Positions 27,301 through 39,941 of a stretch of DNA of 64,000 nucleotides are shown here, piece by piece. The stretch is from Mesotaenium endlicherianum. Its lineage: Eukaryota. The notes under the pieces were generated by a model. That model had not been told where the DNA came from. It saw only the letters and a program-made list of their open reading frames with translations, and ran no database searches. Made by a program: the position numbers and the translations under genes. Within the stretch, counting starts at the first letter, position 1; each line of letters begins with the position of its first letter. Location: positions 447,527 through 511,526 of the forward strand of contig WELA01002985.1 in assembly GCA_009602735.1 (NCBI GenBank). Direction: 5' to 3'.

Positions 27301-27965
27301 TTGAGAACTAAGGGAGCCCGCTGATGAAACGCATGAATTTCAAATGCTTGTCAACATTACGAGGAGATATCATTAATACTTAAACAAGACGGTACTGCCA
27401 CTGGTAATACTTTTTGCAAATGTTAAGCACTTGTAAGGCATAGCGGTTGACTGTAGGCACTGAAGGTCACCCCTCGTATTGCCGCTATCAATCTTTTCCG
27501 ACAACCCCGGACCTGTTCAGTATCCTGAAAGGCGAAGTAACATGCGTTCTCCACTAACGACTCTTGTTTTGTGCTCGCCAATTACCAGGAAAGCGACATA
27601 GTCCACATCAACACAACTGTTGCAATTAGTTGCAAGTTTAATCCCGTCTGACAGGAAGATGCCATTCTATTGCCAGCAAGCACTGGCCCATAGTGGGGCC
27701 CTAACACCACTTTCTTCAAACTAGCCCTTATATGGAGCCAAACCGTGCGGCTCAACGCTGTTCTCGAATGTGAGCCCAAGAGGCAACGACCATGAACGAC
27801 TTGCGAAGACTGGGAAATGCCAAAAAACACTGAAGATGCCAGAAGATACCATTGTTCATCGAAAATCGTCGAAAACATCATATATGAAAATCAGAACAGA
27901 AAGAATTAAATTGTTCGGGCCAGAAAAGCTGAGAAAAGCTGAGAAAACAAGCGTTGACTGCTGGA

Positions 27966-28406
27966 CCACTTCTCCTGCCGTCTCTGCTCGGGTATCCCTG
28001 ACGTCTTTGTTCTCGTACGCTTGCCATCTCTGCTGTCGTTACCCTGCCATCTCTGCTCGCGTACCCCTGCCCATCTCTACTCGCGTACCCCTGACGTCCC
28101 TGTTCTCGTTCCCCTGCCATCTCTGTCTGCGTACTCCTGCCATCTCTGCTCGCGTACCCCTACCGTCTCTACTCGCGTACCCTGACGTTTTTGCTCTCGC
28201 ACATCATGCCTACCAATGCTTACAGGCTACTCGCATGGTCCACGCGTGATCAAGGACTTGACTGTGGGTCATCCTGGTCAACAGATGGGCTTCAGTCGGC
28301 GTCAGAACTTTTCTGGTCTTTCTAAGAAAAGGCAGTTCAAGCAAGTCCAAGGCTAGTTCAAGGCAGGTCTAAAGGCAGTTCAGGGCCAGTTCAGCTTAGT
28401 TCAGGG
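27966..28406. repeat. Dispersed repeat element, copy B (inverted relative to copy A)
   Basis: Reverse complement matches 2821-3320: CCTGAACTG units, AAAGACCAGAAAAGT, GATGACCCACAGTCA, TGATCACGCGTGG, CATGCGAGTAG and the ~22-bp units. Confidence 0.8.
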
Positions 28407-28667
28407 TCCACCCTGGCGGACTTCGTACGTCCCAGAAAGTTGCAGCAAGTGGCAGCAGCAGCAAGTAATGAATGACTTGCAGGAACTTTGTAGGTGTACT
28501 TCTTGATTGTACAGATGGTAAGAAATGTTTCTCCGAGGTTCCTTGGATGTAAGAGTAAGCTGATGGGAGGCATGCCCCGCAGGATATGAAGGTTGTGTCC
28601 ACGTGAATATTACTCCAGTTCTTTCATATTGCATCTACATCGTACGTTGTCTCTTTAAGCGGCAAAG

Positions 28668-31600
28668 ATGAGGCTTGTTACCCTCGCCACTTGCAGTTTG
28701 AATCAATGGGCAGTGGACTTCGAAGGCAACCTGAGACGCGTCCAGGAATCAATAAGGCTCGCTAAAGAGGCGGGGGCAGTCTATAGGGTGGGGCCTGAGC
28801 TTGAAATCACGGGTTATGGATGTGAAGATCATTTTCACGAGCAAGATACATGCACGCATGCGTAAGCGCACGATCAGAGTGCTTACCTTCAGCATTGTAT
28901 GCCGGGATTCTGTCCTGGAGATCAAGCTTCAGGAACCTGTCTATGTGAAGGCTGGCTTCCTGCACTGCGACTGTTTTAGCCAGGGCTATTTTTGAAACTT
29001 ATGTATAGACGTCGTGTGGGTATTTGAAATTCACTACTTAGAATATCGGCTCCAAGTTTTGCAAATGTGCAGCTCAGAAGCATGTAGCCATATCAACACG
29101 GTGTGTTGAATTCACGGCTTCTGAAGTACACATTCCCAACTTGCAAGTCAACAAATTTTCTCGATGCATCTGTCCCCGAGAAAGCAACCAAACTCCAAAA
29201 CTGTGTCCACCTGGCATGGCAGGTGGGAGTGTGTGGCCGCAATTCTGGATTCCGACTTGACAAATGGCATCGTCTGCGACATCGGCCTTCCCGTGCTGCA
29301 GGGGGGCGTGAGGTACAACTGCCGCGTGTTTTGCTTCAATTCGAGGGTCCTCATGATCCGCCCCAAGATGGATCTGGCGAATGACGGAAACTACAGGGAG
29401 CCCCGGTGGTTTGCGGGGTGGAAGCACGCGCGGACAACTGTCGACTTTGTGCTGCCCAAGCTCGTGGCTGACATCACGGGCCAGCACAGCGTGCCATTTG
29501 GCGACGCCTGCCTCGCCTTCAATGACACGTACGCACACGGCCTGTCCGGGACCTCCTCCTCCTCTTTTACCTCCCCGTCCTCCTCCCCCTCCCTCCTTCC
29601 CCTTCCCCTTCCTGCTCCCTCTCTTTGTCTCCTCGTTTGTTCGCTTGGCAAGGGTGCCATCTGCAGGAGCCGTGTGAAAGCGACACGTGTCAAGCCCTCC
29701 CTAGAGGCTGGCATGGACGTCCTACAGTCCCCTCCAGGGGAAAAATTGCGATATTGAAGGCTCTTCTATTCTCAGTAAAATACACTGTGAACCCAAAGGA
29801 CAGCTACGCCTCCCTCCAGGACCTGACTGGGAGCCCCTTTTCCCGCTGTTTCCAAACAACTTTCAACTTTGACTACAAAACGACGCATTGCCAGCAGCCC
29901 AAAGGCAGGAATCGGAAGCGCTCATGTCCAGCCTTCATCTGAATTTAGCTCCTCCCTCATGTCTTGTCGCCTCACATTTGTAGAATAGGCATGAAGTTGG
30001 GGGGGGTGTGGGGCGTGGAAATATCCAGCTAAGCTCAGCTCAGCTCAGCTCAGCTTTAAGCAAGCGTGCACCTGTTGCAGCCCGTGTGGCACCCTTTTGG
30101 AAGCTGCGAAGAGACCCGCTCGGGTTGTAGCAAAGCTCCACTGCTTGCTCTGCAAATTTGATTTCTAAGTACCAAGTTGGACAAAAGAGAGGGCGTCGCG
30201 AGTCCACCCAGGATGAGGCTCTGCGCTCCACTTTGGAGCCGGTGAGGAAGGGCAGCAGCTGCAACAAAGAGAGTGAGAGAGAGAGAGTTTCCCCAATGGT
30301 AGTCTTGTCTCTTGTTGGTAGAAATTGAAGTTTCCCCACTACACCGGGACAGCACGCCTTGCGCACCCGTACAACACTCACGCTCCTGGCATGGTCCATG
30401 GCGCTGTGATCTGCCGTCCCCGCGCAAGGGCTTCTCCCCCGCTTTGATCTTGCACCTCCTGTCAGTTGATAGCCATGTTCCGCATCCGCATGCTCTGTGT
30501 TTGTCTGTGCATGAGTGGGCACTACGTCAGACGCATGCATACTCACAACGATATGATCTCCCTGGCTCTCGCTCTTCGAGTGTCCTGCTCCTGCGCACTG
30601 CACCACAGCCCATGCTTTGAGCTGCCACACCCTTTGAAGACGCAAACCCTCTCCCCCAAAGCCCTGGAACCTGAGCAGGCTTGCTTACCTTGTGTGAGTA
30701 CTTGTGCTTGCAGCTGGGCGGGCCGTACCTGGGGACTGTTCCTGTGATACCCAAAAACCACTGGAGTCCCAAACCCACAAGCCTTATAGCACGCAAAAGA
30801 CGATGAGAAAGCGTGCTGCCCCAAACAACCGTGGGCGTGACCTGACGGGGGCGATGGGGGACTAGCGGGGGGCGGCGGGCGGGCGGGCGGGCGGCAGCAC
30901 GCTGGCGAGCGAGACGTGCGAGGAGCTCTTCACGCCGGCGGCGCCGCACATCCAGCTGGCGCTCAACGGCGTGGAGATTGTGGCCAACGGCAGCGGCTCG
31001 CACCACCAGCTGCGCAAGCTGGACACGCGCCTGGACCTCATGCGCTCCGCCACCGCCAAGGCCGGTGGCGTCTACCTCTACGCCAACCAGCAGGGCTGCG
31101 ACGGCGGCCGCCTCTACTACGGTGGGGGTGCACCACGCCGCAGAAAAGGCTCCCGCCTCCACGCACGTCCTCGCCTCGCTTCCCCCTCTACCCCTCTTGT
31201 CATGTTCCTAGGGGTCCCCAAGCCCGAGTGCATCCTTGTCTGTTGCCCTCTATCCGCTGGCTGACACGTCACCACCACTAGCAAGCCCCCCCTGCTCGTT
31301 GCTTGCTCTGCTAGGGAGTTGAGAGGAGAGCAACCCGCAAGAGGGCAATGAACCGACTGCAGCCGCCGGCCTGGACCCAAGCCCGGCTTAGGCCAGGCCA
31401 GGCCAGGTTTTGAAATGAAGGCAGCTTCAGCGTCAGTGCAGTCCGCTGGAATTTTGACTTCTTGCTGCTACAAGCAACGGAGGCCATATTATAGAACCTC
31501 AGTCCAGATGAAAAGATGTCGGGAAGAAGCATGCTGTCGTGACTGGCACAACCGCCTGTGGCCGAGCCTGTCCCGGACCTGGACGCAGCAGCTTCGGGAG

Positions 31601-34600
31601 CCTCTGGGGGGTCTGCAGGGCACTCTGTGTCGTTAAGACCTCGTGTACTTTCTTCTTTCGCAACCCTAAATGTGTTTGAACAACGTATACTCATTTTTGG
31701 TGCAGTAGTGAAGAGGGGACGCCGAGTGGTGATTCATATTCTTGACGCACTTGATTATCTCTCGCGGAGGACGAAAGTGATGTGGACACAGAGGGTGTCT
31801 TTTTCCTCACGCTCAGCTGCGTGCACCTGCATCCTCTCAGGCCAAGTTGGGGCGAAGCCGTTATAATGGACCAGAGTGCTAGTGGGCGTAGTGTTGGCAG
31901 CTCAGCCCAGAGCGCTTGCCAAAGCTCAAGAATCCTAAACGCCTGAGGGCTACACCTACAGTGAGAAACCTCGATGCTCAACCCCAGATTGCTTGAGCTT
32001 GAGAGATAAAACCAGAGTGCTTAGTCCCAAAGCGCTTCACCTATAGTGTTAAACCTTGAGTGCTGTTCGGAGTACATTGAGTGCGAGTGCCTTGCAAACC
32101 CAGAGTATGAAACTTGCAGTGCCAAACCCCTGAGGACTCCAGCACGCCACAACTGAACCTGCACACGCCACTCCTTGTGCACATTGGGAGAGGGGGGGNN
32201 NNNGGGGAGGTGGAGGGGGGGGCCGCAGATGGGTGTGCGGCGGTGGTGGTGAATGGGGACGTGGTGGCGCAGGGCTCGCAGTTCTCGCTGGCGGACGTGG
32301 AGCTCGTCACGGCCGTCGTCGACCTCGACACGGTCAGTGCCCGGGCGTGCTCCCCTCTCCTCCCCTCCCCGCCCCGCCCGTCCCATCCCATCCTCACTTC
32401 CCCTGCCCTCCGGACTTTCCAATCTCCCTCTCTCTGTCTCTCTCTCTCTCTTCTCGCTTGGCCTCTGCCAAGTCTTGGCCCTTGCGCTCCCTGAGGCCCG
32501 CTGCCTGCTCCCTACCTGCCCCTCCCTCTCCACCCACGGCCTCTTCTGACCTCCCGCAAATATGACTTCACAGACGCGCATATGCTGCATGAGCAGTGCC
32601 TGCGCTCTGTCTGTCGTGCCTGCGTGCGTGCGTGTGTGCTCCCTCCTCTGACGTCTGTACACGATGGAGACACACTGGCTACGACGGAAGTGAGCCGCGG
32701 GCGATTCTTATGCGCAATCGTGCACGTGCTTTGCAAAATATTCTCCTCTCTGATCGGCCACTGAACACAAAACATCCGCCTCAGCCTGCCGGAGCGCAAC
32801 TGCTACGTGTCAAAGGCGGCCCAGCGCGTGCTTTTGTCTCCACACTTCAAGTGCGATGGAATTCCAACGTTGTGTGTGGTGCTCTGAGCTGGGGGAGAGG
32901 GGCCTTGACGGGTGCCTCTAATGACGCGTGACAGGTGTCGAGCTACAGGGGAGCGGTGAGCAGCATGAGGGAGCAGGCCAGCGCGGGCAGCCGCATCCCG
33001 ACGGTGCCCGTCGACTTCTTTTTGGCCTCCCACTCCGACGGCCTCGACAAATTTCCCTCCCTGCCCGTACCTGTACGTGCCCTCATTTCCCTCGTGCCCT
33101 GAAAACGTGTGTGCCTTTTAAGCCTGCGTGTGTGCTTATGCACAAACCTCCAAGCGCAGAAGCAATTATGCCCTTAGCCACTGAGCCACAAGAGCACGCA
33201 AGCAGAGCCTGAGTTGTTGAGGCGGAGAAGCAAAGCCGCCAAGAAGCCCCCGCTAGAGATTGGCAGCAACTCAAAGCCAACACGCACACTCACTCGCGGA
33301 CTTATGCCACCTTGTGCGGGGGCCTTCTGCACGCCAGATAAGGTACCACGTGCCACAGGAGGAGATTGCCATGGGGCCTGCCTGCTGGCTGTGGGACTAT
33401 CTGCGGCGCAGCGGCGCGTCCGGCTTCCTGCTGCCCCTCTCGGGCGGCGCTGACAGCTCGTCGGTGGCCGCCATCGTCGGCTGCATGTGCCAGCTGGCCT
33501 TCAAAGGTGGCCCTCTCTGCCCTCTTCCACTCTCGCTGCACCTGTTCTTCTCCCGGGCCCCCTCCCTCCTCCTCCCACGTCTTGTAGGGCAAGCTCTTTG
33601 CAGGCATTGTTTTGCGATGGTTTGTGCTTCATTAATCTTGAACCTTATCAGGTGGCTCAGACGCGCAGTTGTTGACGCCCTGTCTCCCTCTGCACACGCC
33701 ATATGCGCGTGCTCGCGTGCGCGTGTCGGGTGTGCGCGCGCGCGTGTGCATCCATGGCAGCCATTGAGGCGGGCGAGGAGCAGGTGCGCGCGGACGCGGC
33801 CAGGATCGGCGGCTACAAGGACGGCGAGCGCGTGGCGAGCGCGCACGAGCTCGCCAGCCGCGTCCTGCACACCGTTTACATGGGCACTGAGAACAGGTGA
33901 CACCTGGCTGCGTAGTTCTGTTGGTGCTGCTGCTGCTGCTGCTGCTCTATGTTCCCTCTATCCTGCTCTCGGCTTGCACTTGCTCAAGCTGAGGTCTAAG
34001 CCCTAAACCTCAACCCATAAACCTACATCTTAACCCTACACTTGCACTTGTTCAGCTTGGGGCCAGACCTGGTTGCTGCTGCTGCTGCTACTTTTTAGGG
34101 TGGCCTTCTTTTGACAAGCTGGCTGTGGTGTGTTGGCTCTCTTCCGCTGCGTAGCGCCTGACATTGGAGTCGCCACGCGTGCGTGTGTGTGGGGGGGGGG
34201 GACTGCCAGCTCAGCTGCCACGCGTGCGAGGGCCAAGACGCTGGCAGAGCAGATAGGGGCGGCGCATCTGGACGTAAACATTGACTCCGTCATCTCCGCA
34301 CTCATTGCGCTGTTCCAAACCATCACAGGGAAGCGGCCCAAGTATAAGGTTTGTCGTTCTTTCCAGTCCTCACAGACGGATCAGCAAATAGACGGATGGA
34401 TAGACGGTGGACGGTAGGGGACTCACGTACCCACAGTCCTCGCCTTTCTCCTTTGCCGCTCTTCTCCCTCCCTCTTCTCGCGGCCCCTCCTCCCCTCCCT
34501 ACGCCTTCCCCTCGGCTTCCCCTGTCCCCTCCCCCTCCCTGCTCTCCCTCCCTTCCTCGTTATCCTCCATCATCTTTTTCCCCTCCGCTTTCTGCAAGTC

Positions 34601-35052
34601 AGGGGTTCATACTCCAATGCGACCTTGTTTCCTCCGCCACCAGAGCTTCAAAAGACATCCAGTGCTGTCTCATCGAGTCTGTAGATAGCTGCTGGGGCCT
34701 CCAGCTCGCAGGTTGGCATCAGTCTTGAAAGCAACGCCTCGCACGCAGCCATGATATTGCACCAACCCCACCGATGCCTCGTTCTCGCCTGCCCGGGGGG
34801 GGGGGGGGGGGGGGGGGAGATGGTNNNNNNNNNNNNNNNNNNNGGGGGGGAGGGGGAGGGCTGACAGGTGGACGGGGGCAGCAACGTGGAGAACCTGGCG
34901 CTGCAGAACATCCAGGCGCGCCTGCGCATGGTGGTGGCGTTCCTGCTGGCGCAGCTGCTGCCGTGGGTGCGCAGCAAGCCTGGGTTCCTGCTGGTGCTGG
35001 CCAGCGCCAACGTCGACGAGGCCCTGCGCGGATACCTCACCAAGGTGGGTCT

Positions 35053-35091
<39 letters not shown>

Positions 35092-38000
35092 GGTGACGTG
35101 CGTGCGTGCGTGCGCGCACGCGTGGGCGGGCGGAGCTCCTTTGGCAGTGGGCTTGCTTACTGGCGCAGGTGCTGCGTGGAGTGACTTCCATTTGGCAGGC
35201 TGGCTTTACTAATTGCCCTGCGTACCCTCTTTCTCTCTGTTTGCCTTCCTTTTGCTGTTCTCAAGGCCTGGCAGGCTGTTTTCATCCTGTTTCTAAAGCC
35301 GGGCTCCTAGATTCCGCCGCCACTTGCACGCCCCTCCCCCTCCCCCCCCCTCTCTCTCCTTGTACAGTCTGTGGAGCTGGAAAGGGGGGGCTGTATTGAT
35401 GAACTCGTACCTGATTCGTATCAAAGCAATGTCAAAGCAGCCAATTCAGCTGTTGTGAGCTAAGTCGGGGAAAGGTATGCAAACGGAGTGATGTGTCAGG
35501 CTAGGGCAGGGTCGGGATCAGGGTCGGGTCGGGTTGGGGTCGGGTTCAGAGCAGGGTGGAGGTCCGTGCCGCAGCTTTGGTCTGGTGCCCTGACATCCTC
35601 TGCTCTGCGGTGCAGCCTGAGGCGCCAGCCGCTTACACAAAACGAGAGCGCTTGCTCAACTCAGGCTCGTTTGCTACCGGCGGGTGTGAACTTAACCTTC
35701 AGACACGTGGCCGCCGCGACGAGCTCACGGAAGCGCCTGACAGTTTCAGGGGGTCTCGTGGGGGTGGGGGTTTTGGGTTTTTTTTTTTTGNNNNNNNNNN
35801 NNNNNNNNNNGGGGGGGGGGGATTGGGGGTTGGTGGGAGTGGGGGAGAAGGGCAGTACGATTGCAGTGCGGCGGACATTAACCCCATCGGCGGCATTTCC
35901 AAGACAGATCTGCGCCTCTTCCTCAAGTGGGGCGCGGTCCACCTCGGGTACGCCTCGCTGGCAGAGATCGAGGCAGCGCCGCCCACGGCTGAGCTGGAGC
36001 CCATCCGCGCCAATTACACGCAGGTGCAAACTCCCCCTCCCTCTCCTTCTACCTGTCTCCCCTGTCCCTCTTCCCTCTCCCTCTCCCCTCTCCCTCTCCC
36101 CTCTCCCTCTTCCCACTGCCCTCCCATTTTCCTCCTCCTTCCGCCTCTCTCATCCTGCAGTGTCTGACCTCAGCAGCGTGGGCAACGTGAGCGGGCAGCG
36201 ATTGGGGGGGGGGACCGGGCCAGAATCAGACGCGCGGTTTGAGACTGACGTGCTCGAAGCCTGCCTCACTGGCGCTGCGCTGTGCTGTGCTGGCGTGTGC
36301 TGTGCTGTCTCTGGCAGACTGACGAGGAGGACATGGGGATGTCGTACGCTGAGCTGTCGCTCTACGGGCGCCTGCGCAAGATCTTCCAGTGCGGCCCTGT
36401 CTCCATGTTCCAGGTGTGCGAGTGGGTGTATGCGCGCACGTGTCTCTGTGTTGTGCTGCATCCTCAGGGTTAAGCCGGCTACGACTATCTTACCTGGCAG
36501 GCTAGCTGGCTGGCTGGCTGTGCGCTTTCAGCACTCGCACGTTTTCCCAGCCCAAAAAGCCCATCTTGTTGGTTGGGGCTCTTGAGGCCCGCTCGAGTGC
36601 ACGGCCCGCACGGTCTGGCCTGCCTGCGCTTGGACAAAGAAGGGCCTGATGACCCATGTTGTTGCTGCAACCAGTACTGCAATGAATGCACATGAAGAGT
36701 CACACGTCCTGCTCCAAGCGTCCTTCCCTTTCAGCCACATCACAGCCCCTTCCTCTCCTGTTCCCCCCTTGCCTTGCGGAGGCTGTCATGAGTAGACACG
36801 CGTGAGAGGGCTGCGCCAGCAGAACATCACGCAGTAGTGTAACACGATGATGTGGCAGAATCTTGTCAGAGAGGCGATTCAAATGATATGTTCTTTCTTC
36901 CTGCACCACATGGGCATGGTCCTCACCATGCCGAGCGATGTGGAGGCGTCTCTCACGCAGCGTGTGCAGAGTTTCGATTGCTTTTTCGGCGCTTGAGATT
37001 ACAGCCCATGACCAGAGCCATGCCAGTGTGGCCTCTAAAGAGCTTGCCCGCTGCCAGCTGTCATTGCCTGGTTGCTGCTTTCCAGTCGCGTCCTTCCGCA
37101 ACGTTTGCAAGTTTGAGCGTTTTTTATGAGCTGCATCTTTCAAGATATCCGGCACAGAGACAGGTGGAAGATGCCCCCTTCTTCCCGTGAGCTCTGGAGG
37201 CCAACAGCTGGCAACCTCTACAGAGGTTGCCAGCTGGCTCCCTTTACGGAGCTGATTGCTTAGCAAGCCTGGAGTGATGCTAACTTGCCGAGTGCGTTCA
37301 CAGAAGCTAGTAAGAAATGTATGGTGGTTGGGGGGGGGGATGACGAGGAGAAGGACTAACAGGGGCGTAGAGAGGCTCTGTCTGCTTGGCACTGCCACGT
37401 GCAGCATCTGTGCCACAGGTGGCACGGCCGGCTGGGGCCCGCTGAGGTGGCGCAGAAGGTGAAGGACTTCTTCAAGTACTATTCCGTCAACCGCCACAAA
37501 GTGACCACGCTCACGCCCTCCTACCACGCTGAGGTCAAACCCCTCCCCCCCCCCCNNNNNNNNNNNNNNNNNNNNNNNCCCCCCCCCCCCCCAACAAAAT
37601 AAACCACCCCTGCCTCCTCCATCTTTCCTGCCCTCCTCTCTTTCCTATGTGTCCATTTACTCGCGATCGTCTCCCAAGTGCATCTGGGCAGTTGCCAAGT
37701 AGTCTGACCAAGATTGTCGTACGATTGGAATTTTTGAAAGCAGCGGCTTGTGCTCTGCTGTATCGGCAACAGCGCCTTTGGAGCTCGAATGCCTGCCATC
37801 TGTCATGTGCAGCATGGGCCTGCTCCCTGACCTTACGCCTGGACTGTGGACAGCCGAAGCATGCGTGGCCTGTCGCTGGGCCTGCTTGTGAATCGTGGCG
37901 AGGAGAGGGATACGGCTCTGGAGATGGGCTGCTGGGTTCTGTCCACGCCTCTGTTGTCCTCGCCTGCTCGTGCGCCCGACAGTAGGAAAAGCCGAGAGTG

Positions 38001-38646
38001 CCCGTTGACGCTGGCGCTTGAGCAGGATCATCTCGAGCTACTACTGACTGCTAGCTAGGCCAAGCTTACGCAGGTCTCGTCTTTCTCGCTTTCCACGAGA
38101 TTTGTCGTGCAAGGCTCGAGACATCTGCTCTGCTTGTATTCTCTCCCGTGACAGACAACTGTGCTCAAAGAAAAGAAGGAGCTTCTCGAGCGGAGGACGT
38201 GACTCTCAAAAGAGGGCAGCCCACTCAGCACGCAAAAAGAGCGATGGGTATTGTTGACATTGCTACGAGAATACAGAGCGGAAGGGTGTCGTGCTGCACC
38301 CTAATTGCATGTGAGCTCACCCGCCCCCCCTGGCAGGCTCTTTAATACGCCCAGGAGGAGCATGACTCATGCAGTTCGCCCCGTGTGCTTGGCCTTTTTT
38401 TTCCTGCAGAATTATTCCCCCGAGGACAACCGATTCGACCATCGCCAATTCTTGTACAACACGCGCTGGCCATGGCAATTCCGACGGATCGACGAGATGG
38501 TCGCCGCATCTTCCTCGTCGGCATTGCCGTCCTCTGCTGTCCCGGAAGAAGGGCCCACCCATGCAGAAGTCTCAGGCGTGCAGGCGCGACCGACTGGTGT
38601 CCCTGCTGCTGCAGCGGGCACCTCCGCTGCCGGCAAGGGCACTTAG
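28668..38646 (+). CDS. QNS1: Glutamine-dependent NAD+ synthetase (nitrilase-type glutaminase + synthetase), complete, 13 exons
   Basis: Exons 28668-28861, 29223-29528, 30898-31121, 32229-32332, 32935-33072, 33338-33506, 33761-33896, 34210-34348, 34868-35044, 35856-36023, 36318-36413, 37405-37533, 38410-38646. Motifs [96 protein letters not shown]. Confidence 0.97.
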
Positions 38647-39941
38647 TCCTTCTCTGAGGCAGGTACATGTGTGCCTGTCCCGGCATGCTGGAAGCAATGC
38701 AGCTGTCAGCTGCGCTGTGAAAAAAATAACCGCACTCCCATGCGTGGCGTGCGTCTGGATTGAAGCCATTGCGGCGGCATGAGGAGCTGCCTCATCACGT
38801 TGCGATCAACAGACCCCTTATTGTACATTGGTGTGCATGCATGAGGTGGAATGAAATCAGAAACCCCCTTGATTGATTGCATGTAGCACAAATTTAAGCG
38901 ACACGACGCCAGCGACACATAGGTTAACTCATCATCGAAGCTATGCACACTAGATTTATCATCCAAATGTCGGCCTGCGGTGATAATATGTCTTTAGTCA
39001 ACAAGAGTAGACGAAGGATGGGTTATTGAGAGGAACAAAGTCACTTTCAACGCTTTTTCCAATCATAACACAAAACTAGCTGCTATTATTATGTAAGGGC
39101 TTACGTACCTACAAGCAGCTGTAGTATAGCGCGTGGGGACCTTCTTTCACAGCAAATCACAACTGTGGCACATGCAGCTCCAAATATAAATCTCTCAGCC
39201 ACGAAGAGTGACTCTCACACTGGGTTCATAGCAGTACTTTTTAGGGGCAATACTTTAAAATAAGGTGGGAGACCAATGTGAATTTAAAAGGACATGACTA
39301 TTCTCCCCCTCACCTCGTTGTGTTATATGATTGCCTGAAAGCCTTAATGATGCTTTTGCCTGCAATTATATATCTCCAGGGTATGACATGGTTTGTTCAT
39401 TACTATCATCTTGAAAAAATGTAAGATATCCTGCCACCACGCCAATGACGCAATGAAGTAGAACAAGAAAATCAAACATCACAAGTACCTCATTTGGAAC
39501 CCGTTTCTTTTTGCTCTGCCACGCAAGCTCGTTCAAAAATATGGAAAGTAGGAGCTGGTAAACAGCAGTTTGGGAGCAACCTGGGTAATACAACGTCCGA
39601 GTAAAGTTGAGATACTCAGATCTCGTATGAGTGAACACTATGTGCTGTGCCAAGCGCACTTCTGCCACCGAGCAGTTACCTTCCTCAGCATGCAGGCTAT
39701 GACCACACAGTCGACCGTGCAGCCACGGTCGCCGCTGATAAGCGTCGCCAGCATCAAAATTGGGGAAACAAAAACTGATTCTACTCGCCCGTAGCCGTCT
39801 CACCTTTCTCTGCCACCTGCCATCAAAAACACTTGGCCTAGCTAAGCCAGGGCCGCCGGGGCTACGAACTCTGACCCACCTGCCGTTAACGACAGCTAAC
39901 CAGCCAGCCAGTCAGCCACGGGGCAGGAGTGAGCCGCAACC

